A DNA stretch of 64,000 nt, from the NCBI GenBank assembly GCA_036172245.1, contig JAYWIR010000047.1:434001-498000 (forward strand), read 5' to 3'. This DNA comes from Raillietiella orientalis. Taxonomy: Eukaryota. The notes under the pieces are model-generated. The model saw only the letters and a list, made by a program, of their open reading frames with translations. It was not told the DNA's origin and searched no databases. The translations under genes were made by a program, and so were the position numbers. Of this stretch, positions 1-13,329 are shown in pieces; position 1 is the first letter of the stretch, and each line of letters starts with the position of its first letter.

Positions 1-57
1 CGTACCCGTGCAGAGAGGAATACATCATGGGGAGAGTCTGAGCTCGATGCTCTTCAG

Positions 58-200
58 AAGGTGTGTCAAACTCATTTCAACCACGGGCCATTTCATGCGA
101 CTGGTAAGATTCACGCGAGCCACATGATATTTACAAATTTTCTTAGCATATAAAAAATGGGGGTTTAACATAATAGGGGGCCGCCAGTTTGACATCCCTG
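58..200. mobile_element. Non-autonomous hAT-superfamily MITE
   Basis: Left end AAGGTGTGTCAAACT (58-72) and right end AGTTTGACATCCCTG (186-200) are 15-bp imperfect terminal inverted repeats of the CAGGG.TGTCAAACT type. A perfect 8-bp target-site duplication CTCTTCAG lies at 50-57 and 201-208; 8-bp TSDs are typical of hAT elements. Confidence 0.85.
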
Positions 201-1577
201 CTCTTCAGCATCCTTTTTGAGCTGGTGCTGGAACTGATTTGATGAGTTCACGGACCTGGTGTACAGGCTGACTCTGGCTAGCCTGTTGAGCTCGACGTAG
301 GTCTCCCTACACACCGGCACTGGCGGCCTACGCGGAAAGCTTGCTTCTGCTGCACATGTCCACTCCAGCGTTGTCGCTCCAGGAACTCTTCGTGCTAATC
401 CGTCGGGGAGTGCGCACTTGCGTCAAAGGCAGACCACCGTCCTACCTGTCCGAGAGTCATGGGAGAGAGTTGCACTAGTTCGCTTGAGTTGCACTGACGC
501 CTATGGGTTGTACTTTCAAGTACACAAGTACACAAGGGTACACAAGGGCCATTCCAGCAATACAAGAGCAAAGTCCGGCTGCCTACAATAGGCTCTTCAT
601 CGGAGGAAAGTCCCTCTTGCCGGAAGGCGTTCTTTGACAAACTCATCGAGAGTGTGGTTTTAGACGTTCACTAATTGAGTAACTTGCATACATGATATTG
701 CGATTTTCACGTTTTGATTTTCGAGGTCTTGTCATTACTGGTTTTGCAGTTCCAGAGCAGTTTCTAACTCAGCATTCTCCTGTTCCAAGTTTTAAGGAAG
801 TATTTTTGAACGGTACGTTTTGCGGGTAAAATGCCTCTCTCCATCCCATTTGCTCCTGGCTGAAGCAGATCCGCGGTGAAGTTTGCAAGCAGTTTTCGCA
901 CGTATGAAGAAAAATTCTCGAGTCCAAGAAAATGAATTAAATTTTCGGTGTTTATCCACACAGATTTCACTTCCTGTAAGTACTACTTTGACATTCTAGA
1001 AACATTACACCCGACATCTCGAAGCACACGTACACACAAAAAAAAAAAAAAAAAAATCACCAAAGTATCAGTTTAAACCTGTATTTATTTCTCCATGTTT
1101 CTTTTTCTGTATTTCCCATCTTTCTCCGAGCTAATATACTGTTCTAAAGACCTTGGTCTTTTGTGCAGCTCGTATGCTCCTTTCCCCCCTCCCCCCCCTC
1201 GCCTCTCTCTGTTGTCGCTCCCCGGCAGCTGCCGTGTTGCCAACCGGACAACTGAGTTAAACTGAAAAGTTTGCTGCATAAACAAACGGAAGAAAAGAAG
1301 AACAAAGTCGGATAGCAATAGTAAAGTATCAGGAGTGGATCACTGAGAGAACAGTGGTCGCGAGTCATCCACACGGGCTTTCCATTACTTGTTTTTTCCT
1401 GTGTTGGGTGACAAATGCACCAAAGGGATGGTTGGATGACTGCTCAAGAGCTATGGGAAGAAATTGAGGGTTCCCCCCGAGCCCCCCATCCACGGATGTT
1501 GGTGTTGATCTGACTGTATAATTAGGTGACAGATGTACACTCTTTAGTCATATGGTTTAGTATTTCACGTTTTAAGA

Positions 1578-4500
1578 ATGGCCATCGAAAAGAAAGGTTG
1601 GTTCATCCTTTTTTTTTTCCTTTTTTTTTAAATGTGTTGCCATTTAATGTGAATTGAGACAAAGACAGTGTTCGACGTGTACTTTGCGACAGTTTGGGTC
1701 AGAAATAAGTACTTAAATACCAAGTGCAATTCCGGTTCTCAGTGAAGTTTATACTAATCACAGAAGTTTGCTGTGTAATTTATATATTGCTGTTCGTACT
1801 TGTGTTGCGTATAACATTGGGAAGTTTCTCAATATTAGTATTTGACTGTAGTTAAGGGTTTGAACATTCAAGAAATTGTGTTTGCCAGTATTAAGGAATT
1901 GCTGTATTTCAATTTCACAAACATCGAAACATGATAATAACAACAATCATACCCATAAACATAATTTTAAGCTTCTAATTCTCATGACGTATTAGTGAAG
2001 GCTGAACATGATTAGAAGTACGGTACTGTCAGGTTAAATTTATTGTTAACATTTAATTATAGTGTACATTGCATAGCTTTAGCTTCATGGTTCTGGAAAG
2101 GAAAGATTTTGTTTTGCAATATTAGTCAGTCATGTATTGCCCGATTTTTTTTTTTCATTGAATACATTCGGTGTTCATTATGATATGTGGTTTTTTGCTT
2201 CCTAGTTTGCTTCTTGAGGAGCAAATGTGAGGGTTTATTTTGAAAGCATGCAAATTGACTTTCCATGGCTGAAGCTGTAAGGCACAAAATGAGAGTTTTC
2301 ATTTTTTTTTTTCTATTCTGTAATTTTCAGCGTCTTTTTTGAAAAAACTGATGTTTGCTCCATGCATGAATTGTACTAATCCATTATTCGTTTTTCTTAG
2401 CAATCAATAAGCCAGAACCTCCCAGCATTGAGGAGATGATTGAAGATGTCAAGTCAGCTGGCCCTGATGATATTTTGTTTTGCATCCAGGAATTTGATGG
2501 TAAAATGTTACTTTAAAATATGTCAGCATTCATACATTCTTCCTGGATGAAAAACTATTTATCCTATGATTCTAATCCATTGATTTGATTTGGAAGGATC
2601 ATTGTAGATGGCTTTCTGGAGTTTGTGAACCAACTTGATGCATGGTTATAAATGGAGTTTTGACAAATACTCTTGTATACATTTTTGTGCATTATTGTCC
2701 TGGCAATGTATGTGTTTTATATTTCTCAGGTAACTTTCGTTGCTAGATTTTCTTTTTGATTGTTTTTGAAGTTTTAATGTGATGTTTAGAAGTTCAATCT
2801 TTGTGAAAGTGGTCCCATGAAATCTTCGTTTGAAAATATCTCAGTTTGAAATGCTTGCTGTTGTAAATTGCTTTCATAGTGTACATACTGTAAAATATTT
2901 GTCTTTGTGGATATTTGTGAAAAAAATCTGCTAAGAAATTATATTATGACCAGTGAATATTTTTTATTCAATAAATTAGCATGTCGAATTAACTACTTTA
3001 AAAATCAGAACTTTGGGATATATATGTATTAACTTTTTGTTTGCATCAGTCATATTTCAGGGAAAGTGGAAAGGTTTTTAATCCAATGTTCCATATGTGA
3101 ATATCAGATTATTTTGAGTCTAGATAGATAATGTGAGTTTATGATAATGGAATTTTAATATATAGCAGTAGCTAATTTTTTTCATTATAAGGATTGAGTT
3201 TTTGTTTTCTTGTTCTTTTCTAGTGGAAGTGTGTTTCTAGTTTTCTAGGATATCATTGTACTTGAAGCTACATGAATGTTCATTTCTTTCCAAGATTGTG
3301 ATTTTTTTTATTTGATTTGTGGTCTTCAAAAATTTCAGTTTTTCAATCTTTAAATGAGTAATTTTAGTTCTGTTCATCTCTTAAGTTCTGTTCATATCCT
3401 GAGAAATATATCTGGAGTATGTATGTATTCCTTAGTGAGTAGTGGTAGCATTATCTTTTCTGTTATTCATATAACTGCAGCTCATAGTATGCACAGTATC
3501 ATTTTTTTTTTTCCTCTCCCAAACAACCACATTTCTTTAATTGCAGTTTAATATTTTTTGAAATTCAAAATCCTTTCATGCAATTATGGGAACATGTAAT
3601 TACTTTGGAACTGAATAAGAAGAGTAAGTGTTCAGAATAATATTGGCTTAAAAAAATAAAAATTCACAGCAGCAAGCAAAGCTGAAGACCAAAAGCAGTG
3701 CAGGGAAATTATAGAAATTTCAAGAAACAAGTACCGACTGGAAAGTACATGAACATGCATTTGTTTCTGAGTTACTGATAACTGGTTGCTGTTTGAACAG
3801 GTGTCCAGATCTTGCAGATTAGTGATTTGTACATGCCAAAGAGGTTATAAAGTGAGGAAATTCTATGTAAAAGCCATCAATTTGTTTTACTTCCCCCTTT
3901 GCTATGCAGGTGCAGACATTTTCTCATTTTGTATAATTTTGTTAGTTGTTGGGAGAAATAGGAGAGACTGTTGATATCAAAGACATCGATTCACTGAAAT
4001 AAAAACTGATTGTGCAAAAGATATTAAGATGCAAATGTTGCCACATTAGTGTTAGACTTGAGTGCAGGGCACAAAATAAATAAAGCAAGGTAAACATGTC
4101 TTTTGGAAGAAATTGCATAAGCCTAAGATAACAACTTATTGAGTTTTGAATTATATTTCCCAAGTTTTCAAAGGCAGTATTGTAGAGATTGAAAGGTGAG
4201 AAAGCATTATTGTGGATAACTTACAAATTGATCCCCAATGTATAGTATAGTGAATATATTGATGTAAATCAATCCCTTTGTTTCTGACAGTCCTCAAATG
4301 ATGATTATTTTTTTGAGAGGATTTATTTTTAAGATTGTAGTATGAATCCTTTAAACTGAATCTTTATGTTGGAAGCAATGGTGTGAAAATGTTAATAATT
4401 TTTTTTTCATCAGTATAAGAATGCAGTAAAACAAAAACAAGAAACAAATCACTGAGCAAGAATGTGTTCATGAACTGAAGTTTCGAGTCAAAAAACTTCA

Positions 4501-5385
4501 CTTTGAAACTCTGTTATCCAGAGGCTTCACACAGTATTCCAATTATCTGTTGTTATGTAATATGAATTTACACATCCTTCTTGAGTTATTCATTTTCTTT
4601 GATTTGTGCTAGAAAACAAAAGTGGCTTTATTAGCTGTTTGGTATGTCTTTGTAACTCAATGTATGTATAATAAGGAGGTCAAAAGCAAAGTGGCATTTC
4701 AGGGACTATATGAGAAACTGCTTCAACATAAACTCCTGTGTTTCATATCATCATAATGGTTTGTTGATCCTCCCCTTTCTGATGCAAAAATGTAGACTTC
4801 TGCAGTAAACTTGCATATTCTTCTTTGGACACTGATTTGTTTTGATGTATGTAGTGATCAAACAACCTACAAAACGTACTTAGCACATAATGTTCTTAAA
4901 TTCTGACAAATACCATAAAATGCGTACTAATCATAGATTACAGTGTAACAAAATTTCATTAAAAACTGTAAATATATTTTTTAATGATAATGTAGATATA
5001 TTTTTTAGGTCATTTATAATTAGATAATTTCTAAAATTTTATAGACTTTATTGCCAACGATGATTGTTGAATACTAAGTACATGTAAAATGTACATTCTA
5101 GTTAAGTATTTAATGTTTTACAGTCTTTAATTCATTAATGAATTTATGTTCCACATTCAAATAAGATCCAAATCTTTTGTAGACTTGCACATTGAAGATA
5201 ATTTGAAAGATGAGAATGCCAATGAAATGTATAAAAATCTGTGTAAATTAATTAAATGCCACAAAGGACTACAAAGTGGACAAGATGAACTCAGGCAAAA
5301 AGTTGAAGAGTTGAAAGTTCTTAAAAATTCCATTAACGAATTACTAGCGAGCTTAAGAGAAGGAACTGATGTTGAAATTACCTGA
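1578..5385 (+). CDS. C19orf25: UPF0449 family protein (C19orf25 homolog), 3 coding exons: 1578-1596, 2401-2499, 5183-5385 (106 aa)
   Basis: Spliced translation MAIEKKAINKPEPPSIEEMIEDVKSAGPDDILFCIQEFD-DLHIEDNLKDENANEMYKNLCKLIKCHKGLQSGQDELRQKVEELKVLKNSINELLASLREGTDVEIT*. The P-x-PP-x-x-E-x-x-x-EDV-x-x-A-x-x-x-D-x-x-F motif plus a C-terminal coiled coil match UPF0449 as I recall it. Both introns are GT-AG and phase 1; AATAAA at 5406-5411. Exon 1 is the least certain. Confidence 0.75.
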
Positions 5386-5938
5386 TTATTTTCTTATATT
5401 GTAAGAATAAAAAATTTTGGACATTCATTGAAATGGTTGACTGTATATTTCTATCACAATATGGAAATGTGATTTATTATGCATCTTATTGAAATTGGAG
5501 TAATGCTTATAGCATTCTTTGAAAGTGCTGTACTTACCATATAAAGTGTTTGCTACATAAGTTGTTCAGAATTCAAGGATGTCAGTGTGTATATCTGTAT
5601 GAACCATTTGGATGCTACTCATGTACACATTTAAAAGTTTACTTGAGCACAATTTTTTCAATCCCAATTTGGTAGAGCTGTTAATGTTGAAACTGAAATT
5701 TTTTATCAACACTTCAACATTTCCAATTATTTTACTTCTAAATGAATCCAATGCTTTTTGTAGCACATTTTAAGGTAATACATATTTGAAATAAAAGGCC
5801 AAGTTATATGAATGAAATTAAGTGTTCAGTGTGTTGTATTGCAATTGCAGGATTAATTATAAAGAATGAAATAAAAGTGTCTGTGCACGTGTATCAAAAA
5901 CATGCTTTGTCTGTTCTTGATTTTGTTGGAAGATGCAA

Positions 5939-6002
5939 ACAGCTTTAGAGCCTTATATATCTGCAAGGACTTTGGATTTTCATTATGATAAGCATCATAG
6001 GG
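5939..6002 (+). pseudogene. Fragment of a bacterial-type Fe/Mn superoxide dismutase gene (N-terminal region)
   Basis: Frame from 5939 reads TALEPYISARTLDFHYDKHHR, the conserved ALEP-x-IS-x-x-T-x-x-x-H-x-x-KHH motif of Fe/Mn SODs. The preceding LPY motif is absent, the frame stops after RDRENMEN, and I see no flanking splice sites or further SOD exons. Confidence 0.75.
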
Positions 6003-7904
6003 ATAGGGAAAATATGGAAAATTGATAGATCAATATTAAATGAAATAGCTTTAAGCATTGGAGTCAAACTTTAATACAATCTATTTTTTCGGGTTTTTTG
6101 AACCAACCCATCCCATCAGAGGTTCAATATAGTAAGGATCAGACATAATCATGTTATGAAAGAGGAAGTAGCTATTCCCAGGGATTTCCATTATTTGAAA
6201 GTTATTAAGTTTGCACTGAAATAAATGTGTAATTCTATAATCTTTACTGAGAGGTTGTTATCCAATAAAACAAGGTTTAAAATTCTGTGTAATGTCGTTA
6301 ATTATAATATGGAATCATATTAATTTTCTCGTCAAGCTGTGAATTTTCATGAATCACTTGTAGTATGTACATATCATTCTCTTGAATGGCAAATTGAATG
6401 TTTATCAGGCCTTTCATATTAAGTTTGATGGAAGAATGTAATAAGATTAGTAATCAAGAATTGTTGGATGGAGAAGATATAAAGGCATGTCTTTATAGCA
6501 TATTTACTAAATTCAGTTGAACATAGGTATGGAATGATCCATTGAAAAAAATGCTAGCCATGATTTCTGCAATAATTATTTGTGAAGCATGAATCAGATA
6601 TTCAAGAAAATGCAAGAAAGTAATTATTTCGTTCGAATCTGATTGAATTTTTTCTAAAATGTAACCAGGAACTGTGTGTCAGAAACATTGTTATCTTTTC
6701 TTTTTTTTTTTTTCCCAAGAAACAAAATAGAAAAATGCCAAAATAATTGACACTTTTAAAAAGTAGATGGCAAAAAAAATTCCGATGGTTAAAAATTTTG
6801 TTGACTTTTGCAGTTCTGAGAAACTGACTTAAAGACAAAATATTCAGATGTCATTTATGTAAGCTTAGCAATCATTAAAAGGCGAATTTCACAAAACCTC
6901 ATGGAAGGATATGTGAAGTAACATTCAGCTGTTTAATAAAAATTCGAATAAACAAAAACCCAAAGAGAATTTCATTTTCTTAAAGGAAAAGCAAAACAGG
7001 CTAATTATGAGCAAGAAATCTTTCTCAAAAGCACTTTAAAGAAACAAGATCAGTAACTTTAGAAGGTAACTGACAAGATTCAAAGTACAATTTAAATATG
7101 TGTTCATGAGTATTACTCAACTTGTTAAAATGAAAGCTCATTGTAGAAATGCATGTTCTGAAAAATCTGTGGAATCAAAACGATGAAACAAAATCAAAAA
7201 CATTATTGTGGCATAAAAATGTTTTAGAGACAAAAAGTTTCTGACCATCAAACCATGTACCAAACCATTAGAACAGTGACATACGGATGTAGCTAAAACA
7301 TGGATGTTTCAAGTAAAAAGCGACAAAAATTAAAAGAAATAAATCATAGAGGGCTATAGGTGTTAAAAGCATTGTCATTCACATAACTAAGTTGTTGTGC
7401 ACCAATGACTTAGCACATCTATATAACTACCTAATTTGCTACTGGAATTTTTTATGGATTTCTATTTTCTATATTGGTAACTTGAGTTTCCCAATATTTT
7501 TCATTCAACATAGTTTCTTAAGAATTCCAAAACAGTTCCAAAACTGCACAAGCTACAATTTACAGCTAGAATCTGAATCAAGCAGGTCAAAACCTAAGAT
7601 ATTTCTTGAACACTCGGCATCTTAGTTTGCAAAAAATATAATTAGGAAGAATGGTGCTAAACATTTATTTTCCATTCAACTTCTTGACATGCTCGATGCA
7701 TGTTCTTAACAGATCTTTTGAAGCTTACCATGGCCATTAAATTTAAAACTGCTATCCACGTTTTATTACGAAATATAAAAGTAATTTTCTCCAGCATCAA
7801 TAAAAGTGGAATAACTCCATTTTCATTTATTACCGAGTAAGGGCCACAATTATGAATCCACTCTAGGGCAAGTTTTTATTTTGAACCAATCAGTAAATCT
7901 TGAA

Positions 7905-8273
7905 CTAAATTTTTCTAGTCGCTTTTTTAAGGTTACTCAGGACGGGTCGCTTTGCACTTCGATAGCCTTGTAATTCTTGTAGTCGTCCCTCAATGGACTT
8001 AATGATATCAACATCATCAGGTATGTGTACGTATCGAATCTGTCTACCTTGCACTAACAAGTTTTCGAACCGTGACACAACCCGAGAATCACACGTCATG
8101 ATAGCATTGACAAGTTCTACATTCATATATCCATCCACACTTGATATTTCACCCGTTACTTCGATTTCATTACGAAGTTCAATGCTCACTTTTTTGTTTT
8201 TCAGGGACTGGAGTAAACATAATAACGTGTTTATCGAATAATAACGTTCTCTTAAGCTAGAAACAGCTGCCAT
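7905..8273 (-). CDS. LSM10: U7 snRNA-associated Sm-like protein LSm10 (122 aa, single coding exon)
   Basis: ORF 7905-8333, probable start MAAVSSLRERYYSINTLLCLLQSL at 8273. It contains Sm1 (VSIELRNEIEVTGEISSVDGYMNVELVNA) and Sm2 (FENLLVQGRQIRYVHIPDDV) motifs with the LSm10-type N-terminus (ER...N-S/T-L..LLQ.L) and RYVHIPD. Confidence 0.93.
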   Translation of the reverse strand: MAAVSSLRERYYSINTLLCLLQSLKNKKVSIELRNEIEVTGEISSVDGYMNVELVNAIMTCDSRVVSRFENLLVQGRQIRYVHIPDDVDIIKSIEGRLQELQGYRSAKRPVLSNLKKATRKI

Positions 8274-8779
8274 GACAACACAGCACTCGCTCTGCAGAAG
8301 TTTTGTACAAAGTGGTTCAGCATTGCCCTTCATTTATTTTCTGATAATTCGAAAAAGGAATACAATTAATATTACCACAAAATTGAAACAAACGGTCGGT
8401 GTATAGATGTCTATAGAGAATATCTGCAAATTATATTAAAACTTCTATGCAGGACTTTTATTATGTATCCAAGAGTTCCGGATATTGTTTGGGAACATTT
8501 TATGATGAATATTTGTGAGAACTAGTTGTTTAAACTCACCAGGAAAATCTCAACGATTCTCTTATAGCACTGCATATTGCTTAGTTATGGTATTTGAGGC
8601 ATTATTCAAAAAGCATACAATTTCAGGGATTACGCATTTCTTAGCAATGCACGAAAATTCATTATGGATCGTTAGAATATTTCTTTTACTGAAAATTTGT
8701 GCCACCGTGGTTTTGCAATAACCACTGAATGGCAAGCAGCAGAATCAATTACATGCATGTATTGTATCTAATAATTAGA

Positions 8780-9720
8780 ACCTTTTTACATAAAGTCATG
8801 CAGTGACAGATATGTGTACCTACATGCTGTTGTATATGGAGTGACGTAAATGCATGTTTTGTTTTTAAATGTTCCGTTGTCCTGTAAACAAAGCGTTAGT
8901 AACCTTTTTCTAGCATTTCCAGTACCAGAAAGGTTTTTGTAGATCTTGAAAATCAAGCGACAAAAAACATTTTTCTGACGAATGTGAACTGTTCTGCGCG
9001 TGTTTCTGATTAGAATTGGGCATCCAAGGAAGAGGCGTAGCAAATCAGGGATCTTGAATTTGCAGAATTTTGCTTGTGGTTTATGGTTATGCTCCTTACT
9101 TTTCGATTCATAGTAAGTACTCCGTGGAAAAAAGATGGAAGATGTGCCAAATTATCATCATCGCTTTAGCTGATATTCATGTCACTTCAAGCAGGTGTGT
9201 GTGAGTGCACCTCTAGATTTCCTACATAAAAATTGCTTATTTGCTTTTGTGATTAGGATCGTAGATCCTAATGAGCGATAGAAACTTCTCTCTGGACTCC
9301 GTTCCTACCCTGTCTGTTTTTGTGAAGGGTTTCTTGAAAAGAAATTGCAATCTCTTGAAACAGATTTTCAGCTTTGAGAAAATTCGGGGCTTTCTTATGG
9401 TGCCGATTAACAGAATCAGCTCCGTAATCGTGGCTAGAGTTCGAAAAGCATTCTTGTCTGGGAGCAAGTTTGGTGCTCTTCTCCAGCTGTTATCACCTCA
9501 GAGCACTGCTTGAAGAGTCCAGCCTAGTGTCTATAGCTTATTGCATTGCTTCTTTGCTTTCTGTTAGCTCGGCCTGCCTGGCTGCTAAATCCCTTGCCGC
9601 AGTGCTGTATGGCCTCAGGGCAAGCAACGACAATTGCCAACCGGCGGGGTGGGTGTTCTGCACCATTGCAGGAGTGACCGAACTCCTGGGCGACTGGAAG
9701 GAGTGGACACTTTTGAAAAT
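8780..9720 (-). mobile_element. Decayed non-LTR retrotransposon (L1/Tx1-like) fragments
   Basis: Stop-interrupted minus-strand frames, including a C-terminus-like stretch LRLFLGCP...GNARKRL. Weak resemblance only. Confidence 0.3.
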
Positions 9721-12700
9721 TTATAGTTTTTAATATAAAAATTGAAAACTATAAGTCAATACCTATCATTCTTTATAAAAATCCCAATTTTATCATTTTG
9801 TTTTAATATCACTACCATATAAAGAATATAAATTATTAATAGTCTAAACATTAAATCTAAACGTTAAAAGTAAAGGATATCCTTCTAACTCGCCAGATGT
9901 TATTAAGATTATCGTATTGAATATCAGTTATCAAACAAAAACATTTAGTTGAATGATAATTAATTATTTTCTCAGATTATATAATTTATTATTTTTTATG
10001 AAATTGAATCAATTTTTTTATAAATAGAAATATACGAATTAAGGACAATAAAAGTTCCTTGCACCTGTGCTCTGTCTTCACTGGCATGGCAGATATCGAA
10101 AGTTCGAAACGCGTCCCGTTTTCGAGAACATTCGCTGCCTGAGAAGCGCCCAATGTTTTGTGTGGACCAATGATGGGTAGCTGCTTGATCGTCGCAAAGA
10201 ACGAGGGGTCTCAGCCTGCTACGTTTCTGTTTTGAAGCTTTCTCCCTAATCTTTTCGACTGACTGGTCAAGTTGTGAGACGTCTTTTCTGCCACAGCATC
10301 ACTGCTGTCAGATCACAGAACCGAGAATCCGCTACAATTCGCGGATTCTTGGTTCGACGACGCTAGAGTGAATTTCACTCAAGGGGACCAAGGGGACTCA
10401 CTCCCAAGGGAAAGACACCAACCGCTGACCTAGAGGAAAAGGGCAGGATAGGAGGGAATCCTATGCAGAAAGGGAGAGGCTGGTGATGATTGAACGGGAT
10501 GTCGGGCCTGTTCGTCTCGCATGAGATGGCTGCTTCAAACGGTTGACCTCTCCGTATCCAGAAGCGCGAGATGCACCTGGAAAAGCATCACTCTGGGCAG
10601 TAAAGATGAGATTACATGGAGGCAGCCGACGGACCAGGATTCCAGGATTTCGTGTCGGGTTCTGTCGAAGGGAACTTTAACGAGCCCGGTAGCGACCTCG
10701 GGCGCATCTGAACGAGGCAAGCAGCTTCTGGCCGGGAGAGGGCAACGGGGGATTTCGAAGAAAACGTGCTCGCGGATCCGATTATGCAGCTTCCGATGAG
10801 CGTGTGAGGAAGAGAATCACTGCCAGTCTGCGCACGATCCAGCGCAAGGGAGCGTAGCTCTCTTTCCTCAAAGTTCCCCGGCCAGAGGAACGGCCGATTC
10901 GCTCTCGCTGGAGAGGTGAAGGAACAAAAACGCATTTGATGAGTCGCAACGACTGCAACTGCCGAAGGCTAGAAGATGGCTATCGGGACATGAAAAATGG
11001 TAGCTCAACCTTTCGCTTTCATCACTTCATGAAAGCATCAACTCACGTACAGCAGCAATACTCACATAGCAGAATTACAAAGCAGTCTTCTACGCGTTTA
11101 AGGGAAGGTTCACGGCTGTGATCGTCAGATGCTGGAAGCAGAGTGAACCACCCCAATTCGCTACGAACACATTGAGCATTCCTTTACCTGTGTTGCTACA
11201 AAAGGAAATAAAATGCCTTTTTAGTTCTGTCTCGGGCTTAATGTATTGACGGCCCGGAGGAGGACCTAAATAGGGTAACTGATGGCCTACAAAATTCAGC
11301 TGGTAAGGCGTTTCAGACTGAATGGCCTGTAAAACCTCTGAGCGTATGATACGATCGCCTTCAAAATAACAGAATGAGGTTATGACCTGCTTCTGCTCAT
11401 CGATTTACGTGCTCATTTGGCAAAGAGCTTTGGAAGACAGTAGCAAACTGATAAATAATGAAAGCTACCTGTGAGACGTGGGGAAAGGTTTGGTTCATTT
11501 GGCCCTCTGGCAGCTTACGAAAAGAGAGAATTCGAAACACAATGGAGATTCGAGGAAACGGGCGAAGGCCGAAACCGTGCTGCAAGATCCTGCTGGCAGG
11601 TCACCGTGTGATTACCAGAGTCAGTTCTGGTGAAGGCTTCGGGTAAGGGCATCTGGAAGGAGTATAGCTCCATACGCGGCAGCGAAAGCTTTTTCAGTAA
11701 GAAACTGTGAGAATCATGAAGAACTGACTCTCAAAAAAAAGGAATGCCATTGGTTTGCAAGTTTCTGAAAAGATCCAAAGTCCCTACGAAAGATGCGCTT
11801 CTCAAAAGCAGGGCAAAACCGACGAAGTTTCCTTTTTTACCTTTTCAAATATGCGTTGGTGTCTTCATTTAAGATCGGCTGGGCAGTGACGGCCTAACAA
11901 AAATACACTCGGATGTTAATGGCAACTGTACTGGCGCTACACAACACGAGACTTTTTTTTTGGCTCAAGTGATTTAACCAAGAATAGAAACATATGTTGT
12001 GCCTTGAATGACAGCAAGTAACTGAACCCTAGCGTCTTGTTATCCCAGTTTTGATTTCTTTTTTGAAACAGGCACGAAGTTTAGCAAAGTTCACAGACGC
12101 AGAGAAGCGCAAGCGATCCTGTAGACTCAGCTGCACATCCGAAGTTTGTGACAGTGTGTGAGCTCAATGGTTCTGGCAATGAACTGTGGATGCAGCATGG
12201 GTTCTTTCGTATCAATGGTGTTTCGTCGATTCTCTCTGCTGAGGCTTGTCAAATTGCCCTGGAGCAACGTAATTTGCTCTCGTTTCCGATGTTCCATACC
12301 TGCATTTGATTAGGTGAAGAGGAACTCTGATTTGCATTTGTGAAAGATGCGAGGCGTTGTTTCCCAACTGGGTTACTGCTCAGCTGGAAACCCAAGCAGA
12401 AATTTCTACCCGAAACGCACGCAAGCGCGCACACAGGAAAAAGTAAAAGCGAGTGTTTTGGTGCACTAAAGTCTTGCTTGAATGATTGTTCGCTCCAAGA
12501 ACTGCGTTGTGTCGGGATTCGGTTCTTCTTCGATGGCAGTGTCAGCTCGTTGGATGCCCACCGAAGAAAAAAAAAAGGGGGAAAAGAAATGGGTCGAAAT
12601 GCTGCTTGTGTATGCAAAAAGTGAGAGTGAGATGACTGGTTGAAAGAAGTAGACGTCCCTCGCTGTGCCCAAAAATGGCACCAGCAGCTTTGGAAGACGC

Positions 12701-12779
12701 TTCGCGTCATCCATCTTTGGAATTCGCTTAATTTTGTTATTGGTAGAAAACGTACAATGGAGCTACAGGCAGGCAGCAT

Positions 12780-13150
12780 GGAAGATCAGCATTTCGCCGC
12801 GCTGCACTTCTTGGACTCCCACTCAATTTCCGCCTCTACTACAGCTGCGATTTCCTCTCCTTCTTGGGACACTGGCTTTCTGGAACTGCTGGCTTTCGCC
12901 TTCGTCTGTGGGTTCCTCGCGCCTCGAAACACTCCGCTACGACGACGCTGGAACCAGTTTCCATGGTAATCTTGCAGGGATTTCCGCACGTGAGCTGAGG
13001 TGATGACCGGGACTCTGTCGACCAAGTAGATCTTCGTCTTGCTGGAGCTGCGGAATGCGGGAACGCCGAACGCGTTGATGTCCTCGTTGATGCGAAGTTT
13101 CCCTTCAAAATGAAACTTTGCTTCAAGGTCTCGCAAGCACACGCAGTCGC
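12780..13150 (-). mobile_element. Decayed Tx1/L1 ORF1-like fragment
   Basis: KIYLVDRVPVITSAHVRKSLQDY...GVFRGARN resembles the RRM-like V..VP.....I...L..YG region of Tx1-type ORF1 proteins; the frame is truncated. Confidence 0.4.
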
Positions 13151-13329
13151 CAGCGGATTTCCCGACGATTCACTCAGGCATAGGAGGAACGGCGTAGTAG
13201 CGAAAGACGGTGTCCTGACAGATGTGTCCTTCCCCGTTTCGTAGCGGTCATCCGCACTTGTACCCCGAGACCAACTCGGAAGCAGCCTCCGAAGAATCAC
13301 AGGACGAACAATCAAGCCACTCCTAACAC

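Noticed and set aside
395..1374. Short minus-strand ORFs and a possible acceptor near 975 (divergent gene)
   Set aside because: No recognisable protein in any frame; it could be the UTR of a neighbouring gene but cannot be supported.
3670..3750. Possible extra phase-1 exon of the C19orf25-like gene
   Set aside because: Weak polypyrimidine tract and donor; the three-exon model already gives a plausible length.
8274..8333. Upstream ATG extension of LSM10 (MKGNAEPL...)
   Set aside because: LSm10 similarity starts near the second Met (8273); the extension is probably 5' UTR.
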